The position numbers and the translations under genes are program-made. DNA of 43,701 nucleotides from Betaproteobacteria bacterium (lineage in GTDB: Bacteria; Nitrospirota; UBA9217): positions 1 to 43,701 of the forward strand of contig JBLMWN010000067.1 of assembly GCA_050257255.1 (NCBI GenBank), in the 5' to 3' direction. Of this stretch, positions 8,765 through 16,871 are shown in pieces. Each line of letters begins with the position of its first letter. The stretch's first letter is position 1. The notes under the pieces were generated by a model. The model saw only the letters and a list, made by a program, of their open reading frames with translations. It made no database searches and was not told the DNA's origin.

Positions 8765-9079
8765 ATGCCTAAATATCCCCAGCAATATACCAGCATCATG
8801 AAAAAGTACAAGGGAGTGATAAAGGCCCTCGACGGCCTCGGCAGGGCGGCCAAGTCAGCGGGGCCGCTCAATAAGAAAATGTCGGAGCTGATTCAGCTCG
8901 CCGCAGCAGCAGCCATACACTCCGAAGGATCGGTTCATTCCCACACCCGGCGCGCCCTGGCTGCCGGGGCAAAGCCGGACGAAATCCGCCACGCGATCGT
9001 TCTGCTCACCAGCACCATCGGCTTCCCCACGGTTTCGGCCGCGCTTTCCTGGATCGATGACTTACTGGAAAAAAAGTAA
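8765..9079 (+). CDS. Carboxymuconolactone decarboxylase (AhpD-like) family protein, lacking the CxxC
   Basis: CMD-like core LIQLAAAAAIHSEGSVHSHTRRALAAGAKPDEIRHAI. ATG 8765 lies 4 nt after a perfect AAGGAGGA; the track ORF starts at 8750. Confidence 0.85.
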   Translation: MPKYPQQYTSIMKKYKGVIKALDGLGRAAKSAGPLNKKMSELIQLAAAAAIHSEGSVHSHTRRALAAGAKPDEIRHAIVLLTSTIGFPTVSAALSWIDDLLEKK

Positions 9080-9089
9080 CTGATATAAC

Positions 9090-9258
9090 AATGGTCTCAT
9101 AATAGTCTGTACCCTCTTGTCCGTCATTCCTGCGAAAGCAGGAATCCAGGATATAGTATATAACAAAAAACCACTGGATTCCGGGTCAAGCCCGGAATGA
9201 ACGCTTTGAGGATAGTTTAAAATCGATAGGGCGATGTCCGTTCTATTATGAGACCATT
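9090..9258. mobile_element. MITE-like 169-bp element with perfect 16-bp terminal inverted repeats
   Basis: aatggtctcataatag (9090-9105) and ctattatgagaccatt (9243-9258) are exact reverse complements. The interior carries nested hairpins: attcctgc-gaaa-gcaggaat at 9126-9145, attccggg-tcaag-cccggaat at 9178-9198, and ggaatccag/ctggattcc. There is no ORF. Confidence 0.6.
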
Positions 9259-9460
9259 AATAATTCAGACGAATTATTGCATCGTGCCGAACATAATGCA
9301 CTCGTAAAAACCGGGTTCAACCGCAGAGTCACAAAGGACATGAAAAAAAATTCAGCGTTCAAGACGCATTGCTCCGTGTCTTAGTTACTCCGTGGCAGAT
9401 TTTGACTTTTTACGATTGGATCAACCATGGCGACGAAAATTCAACGAGGAAAGGTATGGT

Positions 9461-9691
9461 ATGGCAATGACGAAAGTAACAATTACCCGAGAAGAGTGCA
9501 TCAGCTGCGAATCTTGCTGGACCGTCTGCCCCGAGTTTTTCCAGCAGAACTCCACGGACAGCTGGAGCGAAGTCGTTCCGAGGTACCGGACCGGCGGGGA
9601 TCCCGCCGAGGGGGAAGCGCCCGCGGAACTCCTGGACAAGGTGCAGGAAGCGTCGGACTCATGCCCGGTCCAGATCATCCATGTGGGATGA
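9461..9691 (+). CDS. Small 4Fe-4S ferredoxin
   Basis: CISCESCWTVCP plus a distal DSCP. ATG 9461 lies 6 nt after GAGGAAAGG. The track ORF begins at GTG 9392. Confidence 0.85.
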   Translation: MAMTKVTITREECISCESCWTVCPEFFQQNSTDSWSEVVPRYRTGGDPAEGEAPAELLDKVQEASDSCPVQIIHVG

Positions 9692-9843
9692 CATTTACAC
9701 ATCGGCACATTCTTTGAACAAGTGAAGGTCATTTTTCACACGAAGCTACAAAACCGAAGAGAACGATGGCTTACAATCAATTTGATTTTTCTTCGGGCCA
9801 TCGTGGCTTCGGGAGAGACAGGCATTTTTTGATTTAATCAATC

Positions 9844-10164
9844 ATGCCTCTGAAGATCGACGTCTATATGTCCGAGATCTGCGGGTCCTACCATCAGCTC
9901 CGCGAGAACCTCGACCGGGCCCTCGCGGAGCTCGAGATCGACGCCGACGTGCGTTATCAGACGCTCTATTATGACGACGCCGTCAGCCGCGACATCAAAG
10001 GCTCGCCATCCATCTGGATCAACGGAAAGGACGCCTTCAAAGGCGGGAACCCGCCCGGCATCACCTGAAGGATGTACAGGGACGAGTCCGGGAGACTCGG
10101 GAACGTTCCGTCCGTGGAGATGCTGAAACGGGCCATCCGAAACAACCTGTCGGACGCCTCATGA
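9844..10164 (+). CDS. Thioredoxin-fold protein; candidate selenoprotein (in-frame UGA at 10066-10068)
   Basis: The 74-aa ORF (KIDVYMSEICGS...GSPSIWINGKD) ends at TGA 10066-10068. The same frame stays open for 31 more codons (RMYRDESGRLGNVPSVEMLKRAIRNNLSDAS) to TGA 10162-10164. A hairpin lies 14 nt past the UGA. The 9844..10068 part is confident; the read-through is a hypothesis. Confidence 0.5.
10083..10099 (+). promoter_or_regulatory. SECIS-like hairpin downstream of the in-frame UGA
   Basis: CGAGUC-CGGGA-GACUCG: a 6-bp stem and a G-rich 5-nt loop. The stem starts 14 nt after UGA 10066-10068. Confidence 0.35.
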
Positions 10165-10352
10165 TGGGTGAACCTGAAAAGAGCATTTGGGCACGAAAGA
10201 GGCGAATTAACACAAGATAAATGCAGATAAAGTGTAGAGCAAGACATTCACCTGTTCGGTGATCCTCATCACGAGAAAATCCGCTGTTATCCGACTCTTA
10301 TCCGATTTGATCTGTTTCAAATGCCGTTTTTAAGGTGAAAGGAGCCCCAGGA

Positions 10353-10991
10353 ATGAAATCGCAGGAGCCACTCATCCTCCTTGTCATCGTCGGCATCAGC
10401 CTTTTCGTATCCGCCATCCGCCCCTATAACGGTCTGACCTGGCTGCTCGAGGTGTCGCCTGTACTCATCGCTGCGCCGATTCTGGTTGCTACGTACCGCG
10501 GATTCCCGCTCACCCCGCTCCTTTACCGGCTCATTTTTATTCATTCGCTGATTCTCATCGCCGGCGGCCACTACACGTATGCTCGCGTTCCGCTCGGCAC
10601 CTGGGCGCAGAATTTTTTCCATCTTGCAAGGAATCATTATGACCGGCTGGGCCACTTTGCGCAGGGGTTCATTCCCGCGATGGTCGCACGGGAGATTCTG
10701 TTAAGGAAGTCACTGTTGCGTCCGGGCAAGTGGCTTTTCTTTCTCGTGGTGTGCGTCTGCCTGGCTTTCAGCGCCTTCTATGAGTTCATTGAGTGGTGGA
10801 CGGCTGTCATCATAGGACAAGCCGCTACGGACTTTCTCGGAACCCAGGGCGATGGCTGGGACACGCAGTGGGACATGTTCATGGCCTTTGTCGGCGCTAT
10901 AACCGCACAGCTCACTTTATCCAGACTGCATGATCAGGAACTGGAGAGCCTCAGCACAACCGAAACGGAAGCAAAGACGTCGAAAATATAA
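10353..10991 (+). CDS. DUF2238 (YjdF-like) inner-membrane protein
   Basis: Polytopic membrane protein with GGHYTYARVPLG...RNHYDRLGHFAQGF. ATG 10353 lies 8 nt after AAGGAG. Confidence 0.85.
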   Translation: MKSQEPLILLVIVGISLFVSAIRPYNGLTWLLEVSPVLIAAPILVATYRGFPLTPLLYRLIFIHSLILIAGGHYTYARVPLGTWAQNFFHLARNHYDRLGHFAQGFIPAMVAREILLRKSLLRPGKWLFFLVVCVCLAFSAFYEFIEWWTAVIIGQAATDFLGTQGDGWDTQWDMFMAFVGAITAQLTLSRLHDQELESLSTTETEAKTSKI

Positions 10992-10997
10992 ACATCT

Positions 10998-11519
10998 ATG
11001 ACAAAACATCTCGTCTTCATAGGCGACTCCCTGACTCAGTGGTTCGACTGGCAGCTACGGTTCCCTGATTATACGGTAACCAACCTCGGTATATCCGGGG
11101 AACCGGTCGAGGGCTTGCTGGAACGACGAGACCGTATCCGCGCGCAAATCGTCAACCCGGACTACATCTTCCTCATGACCGGCATCAACAACATTGCGAA
11201 CGAGCAGTACGACATCGCTCTCCCCTATCGCGAGATCGTGCGGAATTTAACCACGTGGTACAAAAAATCGAAGGTCGTAGTCCAAAGCATCCTGCCCGTG
11301 ACGCTGGAATGGATCAGCAACAACGTCATCAAAGACACCAACCGCCATCTCGAACAGATCGCGCGGGAATACGGTGCAGAGTATCTCGACGTCTACAGTC
11401 TCTTTGTCGATTTAAGAGGGAATCCGAGGCGCGGCTATCTTTCCGACGACGGCGTGCACCTGAGCAGCAAAGGGTATGAGGTGTGGGCGGACGAGGTGGA
11501 ATGGTTTTTGAAGAGGTAG
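10998..11519 (+). CDS. SGNH/GDSL-family hydrolase
   Basis: Block I FIGDSLT, block III GINN, block V DDGVHLS (DxxH). Confidence 0.9.
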   Translation: MTKHLVFIGDSLTQWFDWQLRFPDYTVTNLGISGEPVEGLLERRDRIRAQIVNPDYIFLMTGINNIANEQYDIALPYREIVRNLTTWYKKSKVVVQSILPVTLEWISNNVIKDTNRHLEQIAREYGAEYLDVYSLFVDLRGNPRRGYLSDDGVHLSSKGYEVWADEVEWFLKR

Positions 11520-11655
11520 TTCAGAAATCTGCAGACCCAATAGCCACATTTCATCGGGACGGTCCCTTGCGCGGTTCAACTGGCTGAGAAACTTGTCGGT
11601 CGAGCCTGACGTGCAAAAGGCCGCATCTCACTTCCGCCTTATCCGGAGGGGAACA

Positions 11656-12003
11656 ATGAGAACCGCATTACTGATCTTCACAATGACAATTATGGTATTC
11701 GCTTGCACTAGCGAGCCGCGATCAGCATATGATCGCGCTGGCTTGGATCAAAGATATCAGGCGGTGTATGATCTCACCAAAGATCTCGCTTGCACTGATT
11801 CCGCCGAATGCTTAAGCATAGGTATCGGCTCGAAGCCTTGCGGCGGACCATGGCGATATCTCGTGTATTCAACGGCGACAGTGGATTCAGAGAAATTAAA
11901 ATCAGCAGTCGCCGATCTTAATGGTTATGAGGCTGGGTACAACCAGCAAGAGGGACTCTCATCGGATTGTAGTCTTGCCCCTCCTGCAATCCGAGTTGCG
12001 TGA
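11656..12003 (+). CDS. Hypothetical Cys-containing lipoprotein
   Basis: MRTALLIFTMTIMVFAC signal/lipobox. ATG 11656 lies 5 nt after GGAGGG. The track ORF starts at TTG 11593. Confidence 0.7.
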   Translation: MRTALLIFTMTIMVFACTSEPRSAYDRAGLDQRYQAVYDLTKDLACTDSAECLSIGIGSKPCGGPWRYLVYSTATVDSEKLKSAVADLNGYEAGYNQQEGLSSDCSLAPPAIRVA

Positions 12004-12144
12004 ATTATAATTGCGTCGATCTAAATGCAACACAATAGTCGTTTTGCGGTACAGATGATAGGCACAATACAAACTATTAACGTGCCGTTCCACGCCGACC
12101 GCTTCGCAGGGTCTGAACTCATCGTTATACGTGAGGGGTTTCTC

Positions 12145-12648
12145 GTGCAGATTAGACACGAAAGAGAGTTAGATACGGCAGGCGTACGGGCGGTGAACGA
12201 GGCTGCTTTTGAAACAGCAACGGAAGCCAAACTCGTTGTAGCGCTGCGTGAACAAGCGCGCCCGGTGATCTCCTTGGTTGCAGATGATGAAGGCGTAATC
12301 GTTGGCCATATCATGTTTTCGCCCGTCGTGCTCGAAGGACATCCCGAACTGAAAATCATGGGTCTCGCGCCAATGGCGGTCCTACCAGAGCGTCAGCGAA
12401 AAGGCATAGGGTCCGCGCTGGTGCGTGCCGGTCTAGAAGAGTGCAAAAAACTCGGCTTCGGCGCTGTCGTTGTACTGGGTCACCCGGAGTACTACCCACG
12501 GTTCGGCTTCCTACCATCTGCGCGCTTTTGTATTGGCTGCGAATACGAAGTGCCGGAGGATGCGTTCATGGTCAAGGAACTGTACCCGGGTTATCTCCTC
12601 GGCGCAACAGGTACCATCAAGTATCATGCAGCGTTTTATACCGTATAA
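12145..12648 (+). CDS. GNAT-family N-acetyltransferase (YhbS-like)
   Basis: Acetyl-CoA motif RQRKGIGSALVRAGLEECKKLG. GTG 12145 lies 6 nt after GTGAGGGG. The upstream part of the track ORF shows no similarity. Confidence 0.85.
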   Translation: MQIRHERELDTAGVRAVNEAAFETATEAKLVVALREQARPVISLVADDEGVIVGHIMFSPVVLEGHPELKIMGLAPMAVLPERQRKGIGSALVRAGLEECKKLGFGAVVVLGHPEYYPRFGFLPSARFCIGCEYEVPEDAFMVKELYPGYLLGATGTIKYHAAFYTV

Positions 12649-12726
12649 CACGGCACACCAGCCGACGCTAGGCCACGTTGCGGCCTTCCTCGGCTGAACT
12701 CATTATTATAAGAAAGGAAACGAAAC

Positions 12727-13230
12727 ATGTCTACCTTCACATCCAGGAAAATCAAAATTCGATTTGTGCAACGGTTTCAAGCTCCACCCAGCAGGGTATT
12801 CCCACTTCTTTGTCCGGTTCGTGAATATGAATGGATTGAACCTTGGCAATGTGAAATGCTCCACTCCGATTCAGGCATTGCCGAAAAAAACTGCGTCTTC
12901 AGAACACATTCCCCCGGAGAGTCGTCAGACGACGTATGGGTAATCAGCCATTACGAGCCAAATACTAGAATTGAGTTTGTCCGTGTGAACGCGCTCAGGA
13001 CAACGTGTCTCTCCATAGCGCTCACAGACAATGGTGATGGTACAACAAGCGCAGTAAACGAACAGCTCCTCGTTGGCCTCACTGAACAAGGAAACCAGTT
13101 ACTCGACAAAATGTCAGAAGGCTTTTCCTTTGAGATGCGTATGGGAGAAGCCATGCTTAATCACTACCTAACTACCGGAAAAAGATTACCCTTCCAGGAT
13201 GCAATTGCAATAGCCTCGAAACAGAACTGA
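12727..13230 (+). CDS. SRPBCC (START/polyketide-cyclase-like) family protein
   Basis: The size and pattern (FQAPPSRVFPLL.P..EYEW...W) are typical of SRPBCC ligand-binding proteins. This assignment is by eye only. Confidence 0.65.
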   Translation: MSTFTSRKIKIRFVQRFQAPPSRVFPLLCPVREYEWIEPWQCEMLHSDSGIAEKNCVFRTHSPGESSDDVWVISHYEPNTRIEFVRVNALRTTCLSIALTDNGDGTTSAVNEQLLVGLTEQGNQLLDKMSEGFSFEMRMGEAMLNHYLTTGKRLPFQDAIAIASKQN

Positions 13231-13254
13231 ATAGCCGCCAAACAAGTCGCGCTT

Positions 13255-13283
13255 ACGTCATCCCGTCCCGCTAAAGCGGGATT
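13255..13283. repeat. REP-like hairpin repeat (CGTCAT...GGGAT family)
   Basis: acgtcatcccg-tcccgc-taaa-gcggga-tt has the same architecture as the CGTCATTCCTGC-GAAA-GCAGGAAT unit at 9122-9145. Confidence 0.5.
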
Positions 13284-13465
13284 GCGTCCGCGGGGTCGAG
13301 GTCCGGGACCACGGATCACCCTCCTGCCATCACTCTCCCAATCCTCTCTTTTTCTGCTAAAATTAAATTGATAACATAAAGGACTTATTTAGTCCTCTTA
13401 GATTGTACGTGTTTTAAGGGACAAATGTACTTTGGTAATACTATTGGATTCGGCTTTTACTTTTA

Positions 13466-13676
13466 GTGCTTTTGGGCGGCGCGGGCCTCGCCTCAACGTT
13501 TATAACTCTTGGCTTGATCGATGAATATCACCTCATCGTAAATCCGCTTGTTACGGGGGGGAGGTAAACCATTGTCCAAAGATGTGAAGGAGCGGCACAA
13601 ACTGAGTCTGATCAGCACAAAAACATTTACATCGGGCAAAGTGGTGCTGCATTATTATAGCAAAGCGCCGGCGTGA
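13466..13676 (+). pseudogene. 5'-truncated, frameshifted fragment of a RibD_C/dihydrofolate-reductase-family gene
   Basis: The fragment translates as VLLGGAGLASTFITLGLIDEYHLIVNPLVTGG. After a frame change inside the G7 run (13555-13561) it continues GGKPLSKDVKERHKLSLISTKTFTSGKVVLHYYSKAPA*. This parallels the C-termini of the genes at 14978 and 16872. Confidence 0.7.
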
Positions 13677-13708
13677 AACCGGCAATTGAAACAAGGAGGT
13701 AAATCAAC

Positions 13709-14677
13709 ATGGCAACGACAAAAAATAAAGATGAACTGATCATCACGCGCATATTCGACGCATCGCGTGAAAAAGTGTGGAAAGCCTGGACCGACCCTGA
13801 ACTCCTTAAACGCTGGTGGGGCCCGAAATACTTCACGGCTCCCGTCAGCAAGATCGATTTCCGCGTGGGCGGCAAGTATCTCAGCTGCATGCGCGGTCCC
13901 GACGGCAAGGATTACTGGTCAACGGGCGTTTATCGCGAGATTATTCCCAACGAGAAGCTTGTCGTGACCGACAGCTTTGCCGATGAGAAGGGCAATGTCG
14001 TCCCGGCCTCACATTACGGCATGGCAGGCGACTGGCCGCTTGAGCTGCTGGTGACGGTCACATTCGAGGAGCTGGGCAACAAGACGAAAATGATCCTGCG
14101 GCATGAGGGCATTCCGTCGGGCATGATGCGAGAACTGACCGAAACCGGCTGGAGCGAGTCCTTCGACAAGCTCGCGGAAAGCATTATTACGGGCGGGACT
14201 AGGATTATTGCTGAACGGGGGAAACAAGAGGTCATTATCACAAGGGTCTTTGATGCGTCCCGAGATCTCCTGTTTAAGGCGCACACGGATAAGAACCTGA
14301 TACCGCAGTGGTGGGGACCGGCGCGCTTCAAAACCACGACCGACAAGCTGGACGTAAAACCGGGCGGTCTCTGGCGTTTTGTCCAGCGCGACGCCGCGGG
14401 TTCTACGTATGCGTTCCATGGCGTATATCACGAGCTCTCTCCTGAACGGATCGTCGGCACCTTTGAATTCGAGGGCATGCCGGGCCGGGTATCGCTTGAC
14501 TCAGTGACGTTCGAAGAGATGGGAGGCAAAACGAAGCTGATCGAAAAAACCGTCTTCCAATCGGTCGAAGACCGCGACGGCATGCTCAAGGAAGGGATGG
14601 AGGAAGGGGTGTACGAAAGCATGGACCGTCTTGCAGAACTTCTGGCAAAATTAGCGATCGGAAGAAAAGCAGCCTGA
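13709..14677 (+). CDS. Tandem double AHSA1/SRPBCC-domain protein
   Basis: There are two copies of the Aha1-like signature: ELIITRIFDASREKVWKAWTDPELLKRWWGP and EVIITRVFDASRDLLFKAHTDKNLIPQWWGP. An AAGGAGG RBS is present. Confidence 0.9.
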   Translation: MATTKNKDELIITRIFDASREKVWKAWTDPELLKRWWGPKYFTAPVSKIDFRVGGKYLSCMRGPDGKDYWSTGVYREIIPNEKLVVTDSFADEKGNVVPASHYGMAGDWPLELLVTVTFEELGNKTKMILRHEGIPSGMMRELTETGWSESFDKLAESIITGGTRIIAERGKQEVIITRVFDASRDLLFKAHTDKNLIPQWWGPARFKTTTDKLDVKPGGLWRFVQRDAAGSTYAFHGVYHELSPERIVGTFEFEGMPGRVSLDSVTFEEMGGKTKLIEKTVFQSVEDRDGMLKEGMEEGVYESMDRLAELLAKLAIGRKAA

Positions 14678-14977
14678 CGCTCCGGATGTCGGTTTGTAGT
14701 GCGTCACAAAGTCCTTTACGGCAATTTTCATTCTGGGAAACGGAGCATCACGCCTTTCCAAACAAGGTAGAGTCTTCACTTCATTGAAGGTGAAAATTGC
14801 AAAGAACGGCGGGACGCACTACACGCGCTTGCGGTAAGCCTCATGAAGCGATTTCCTCCATCAGGCTTGCACACGGCAAGATCTCGATCTTTTACTTCTA
14901 TTGTGCCGGTATTCGTCTGCGTGTTCTGCCGGAGCAGAACCTGTGATTTCAAAGACGAAAGCGGGTAAGAGAGAGTT

Positions 14978-15547
14978 ATGAGAAAAATATTTGTGTTCAA
15001 CCTGGTATCGCTTGACGGCTACTTTGAAGGACCGAACAAAGATTTAAGCTGGCATAACGTGGATGGGGAATTCAATGAATACGCCATCGACATGCTCGAT
15101 TCCGTGGACTTGCTTTTGTTCGGGCGCGTGACCTATGAGCTCATGGCAGGCTATTGGCCGACCTCCGATGCGATCAACAATGACCCGATCGTCGCCGGAA
15201 AGATGAATGCGTTACCCAAAATCGTCTTTTCAAAAACCCTGGAAAAAACCGAATGGAACAATACACGCTTCCTGAAAGGTGTTAATCCAAAAGAAATCGA
15301 GAAAATGAAACAGGGGTCAGGGAAGGACATGGTGATACTTGGCAGCGGCAGCATTATGGATGAGTTTGCGAAGCGCGGCTTGATCGATGAATACCGGATC
15401 ATGGTGAATCCGATTATCCTGGGTGAGGGAACCCCTCTGTTCAACGGGGTTAAAGGCAGAATGAATTTGAAGCTGACAAGAAATCGGGCGTTTCGGAATG
15501 GGAATGTTTTGCTGTATTATCAGCCTGACTGGGGAGGATCAAAATGA
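14978..15547 (+). CDS. Dihydrofolate reductase family protein (RibD C-terminal domain), paralogue 1
   Basis: SLDGYFEGP...DLLLFGRVTYELMAGYWP...ILGSGSI...GLIDEYRIMVNPIILGEG. Confidence 0.9.
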   Translation: MRKIFVFNLVSLDGYFEGPNKDLSWHNVDGEFNEYAIDMLDSVDLLLFGRVTYELMAGYWPTSDAINNDPIVAGKMNALPKIVFSKTLEKTEWNNTRFLKGVNPKEIEKMKQGSGKDMVILGSGSIMDEFAKRGLIDEYRIMVNPIILGEGTPLFNGVKGRMNLKLTRNRAFRNGNVLLYYQPDWGGSK

Positions 15548-16002
15548 CACGAAAGCTCAAGCGCTTCCTGCAGCCCGTATCTCAACAGGCCATTGGATCG
15601 GCGGCTCTTCTTCTGCTCCGTCTCGTCGTTGGTGCTGCATTCGTAATCCATGGATCGCAAAAGATGCAAAACCCCTTGGGTTGGATGGGTCCCCAATCTC
15701 CTGTTCCCGGCTTTTTCCAGCTTCTCGCCTCGATCTCGGAGTTCGGCGGGGGAATTGCCTGGATACTCGGGTTATTGACCCCGCTCGCAGGGCTGGGGAT
15801 CGGCTGTACCATGGCAGCTGCCGTCTACATGCACTCGATAGTGATGAAAAACCCCTTTGTGAATCTGACAGGAGGACTTTCATACGAGTTGGCGTCAGCC
15901 TATTTGTGCATCGCGATTGTGCTCATTGTGCTGGGACCGGGAAGGTTCTCGTTGGACAATAAAATATTCGGAGGGCGAACCGGAACAAGCAATGACGAAT
16001 AA
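15544..16002 (+). CDS. DoxX-family membrane protein
   Basis: LLLLRLVVGAAFVIHGSQK and about 4 TM helices. An ATGA start/stop overlap with the upstream gene, and a GGGGAGGA RBS. Confidence 0.85.
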   Translation: MTRKLKRFLQPVSQQAIGSAALLLLRLVVGAAFVIHGSQKMQNPLGWMGPQSPVPGFFQLLASISEFGGGIAWILGLLTPLAGLGIGCTMAAAVYMHSIVMKNPFVNLTGGLSYELASAYLCIAIVLIVLGPGRFSLDNKIFGGRTGTSNDE

Positions 16003-16113
16003 GGACCATTTTTTTCTGCGCCGCCGATCACAGCGCCGCAGACATGCGAGGGGGCCTTCTGTTTTACCTGTCAACAAGGCCGCCCGTGAACGGCCCGAAG
16101 GAAGTAACAAGAC

Positions 16114-16731
16114 GTGAAAAAAGTCACCTTTGACATATCAATGTCGCTGGATGGTTATATCACCGGCCCGAACAGCAGCATTGAGCGGCCCCTGGGCGAA
16201 GGGGGTGAACTACTTCATCAGTGGCTGTACCGTCTGGCGTCCTGGCGCAAGCGCCACGGCATCAATGGCGGCAAAATAAACAAGGACGCCAGTGTTCTCG
16301 ATGAGTCCTTCAAGAGAACCGGTGCGGTCATCATGGGAAGACGAATGTTCGACTACGGCGTAAAATATTGGGGGGACAATCCTCCCTTTCACGTGCCGGT
16401 CTTTGTTCTTACTCATGAGCCCCGCGAAAAACTGGTCAAGGAAGGAGCAACCACGTTTACCTTCGTGACCGACGGCATCAAAAGCGCTTTGAACAAGGCA
16501 AAAGCATCTGCAGGTAACAAGAATGTTGCAGTAGCCGGCGGAGCGGAAACGGCCCAGCAGTTCATTAAGGCCAGGCTCCTGGACGAGATCCAGATCCACC
16601 TGGTGCCCATCCTTCTGGGCGGAGGCATCCGCTTGTTCGATCATATCGGCAGCGAGCTGGTAACATTGAAAAGGACAAAGGTAATCGAGTCCCGCCGGGT
16701 CACCCATATCAGGTTCCGCGTCGCAAAGTGA
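16114..16731 (+). CDS. Dihydrofolate reductase family protein (RibD C-terminal domain), paralogue 2 (divergent)
   Basis: SLDGYITGPN...VIMGRRMF...VAVAGGAETAQQFIKARLLDEIQIHLVPILLGGG. GTG start. Confidence 0.9.
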   Translation: MKKVTFDISMSLDGYITGPNSSIERPLGEGGELLHQWLYRLASWRKRHGINGGKINKDASVLDESFKRTGAVIMGRRMFDYGVKYWGDNPPFHVPVFVLTHEPREKLVKEGATTFTFVTDGIKSALNKAKASAGNKNVAVAGGAETAQQFIKARLLDEIQIHLVPILLGGGIRLFDHIGSELVTLKRTKVIESRRVTHIRFRVAK

Positions 16732-16871
16732 CTTCACAAGGAACATTATCATGAGAACAGTGCTCGTAACCAAGTACGAGACACGGGACGGCGTTATGAT
16801 CTCGTGCTGAGCTGCTCTCTTCTGCTGGGACGAAAGACTTGTGGGGACAAATTAGATTACACGGGGTCGAC

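Noticed and set aside
11998-12024. The TGA stop of the Cys-rich lipoprotein gene as a second selenocysteine candidate.
   Set aside because: Read-through adds only six codons (IIIASI) before a TAA. There is no downstream hairpin and no fold-completion argument.
14678-14977. A possible folate-related (THF/ZTP) riboswitch or gene remnant in the 300-nt gap upstream of the first RibD_C gene. It includes a perfect gttctgc-cgga-gcagaac hairpin near 14920.
   Set aside because: I could not match conserved cores of either riboswitch class by eye, and no frame gave a recognisable protein fragment. It needs an Rfam scan rather than a claim.
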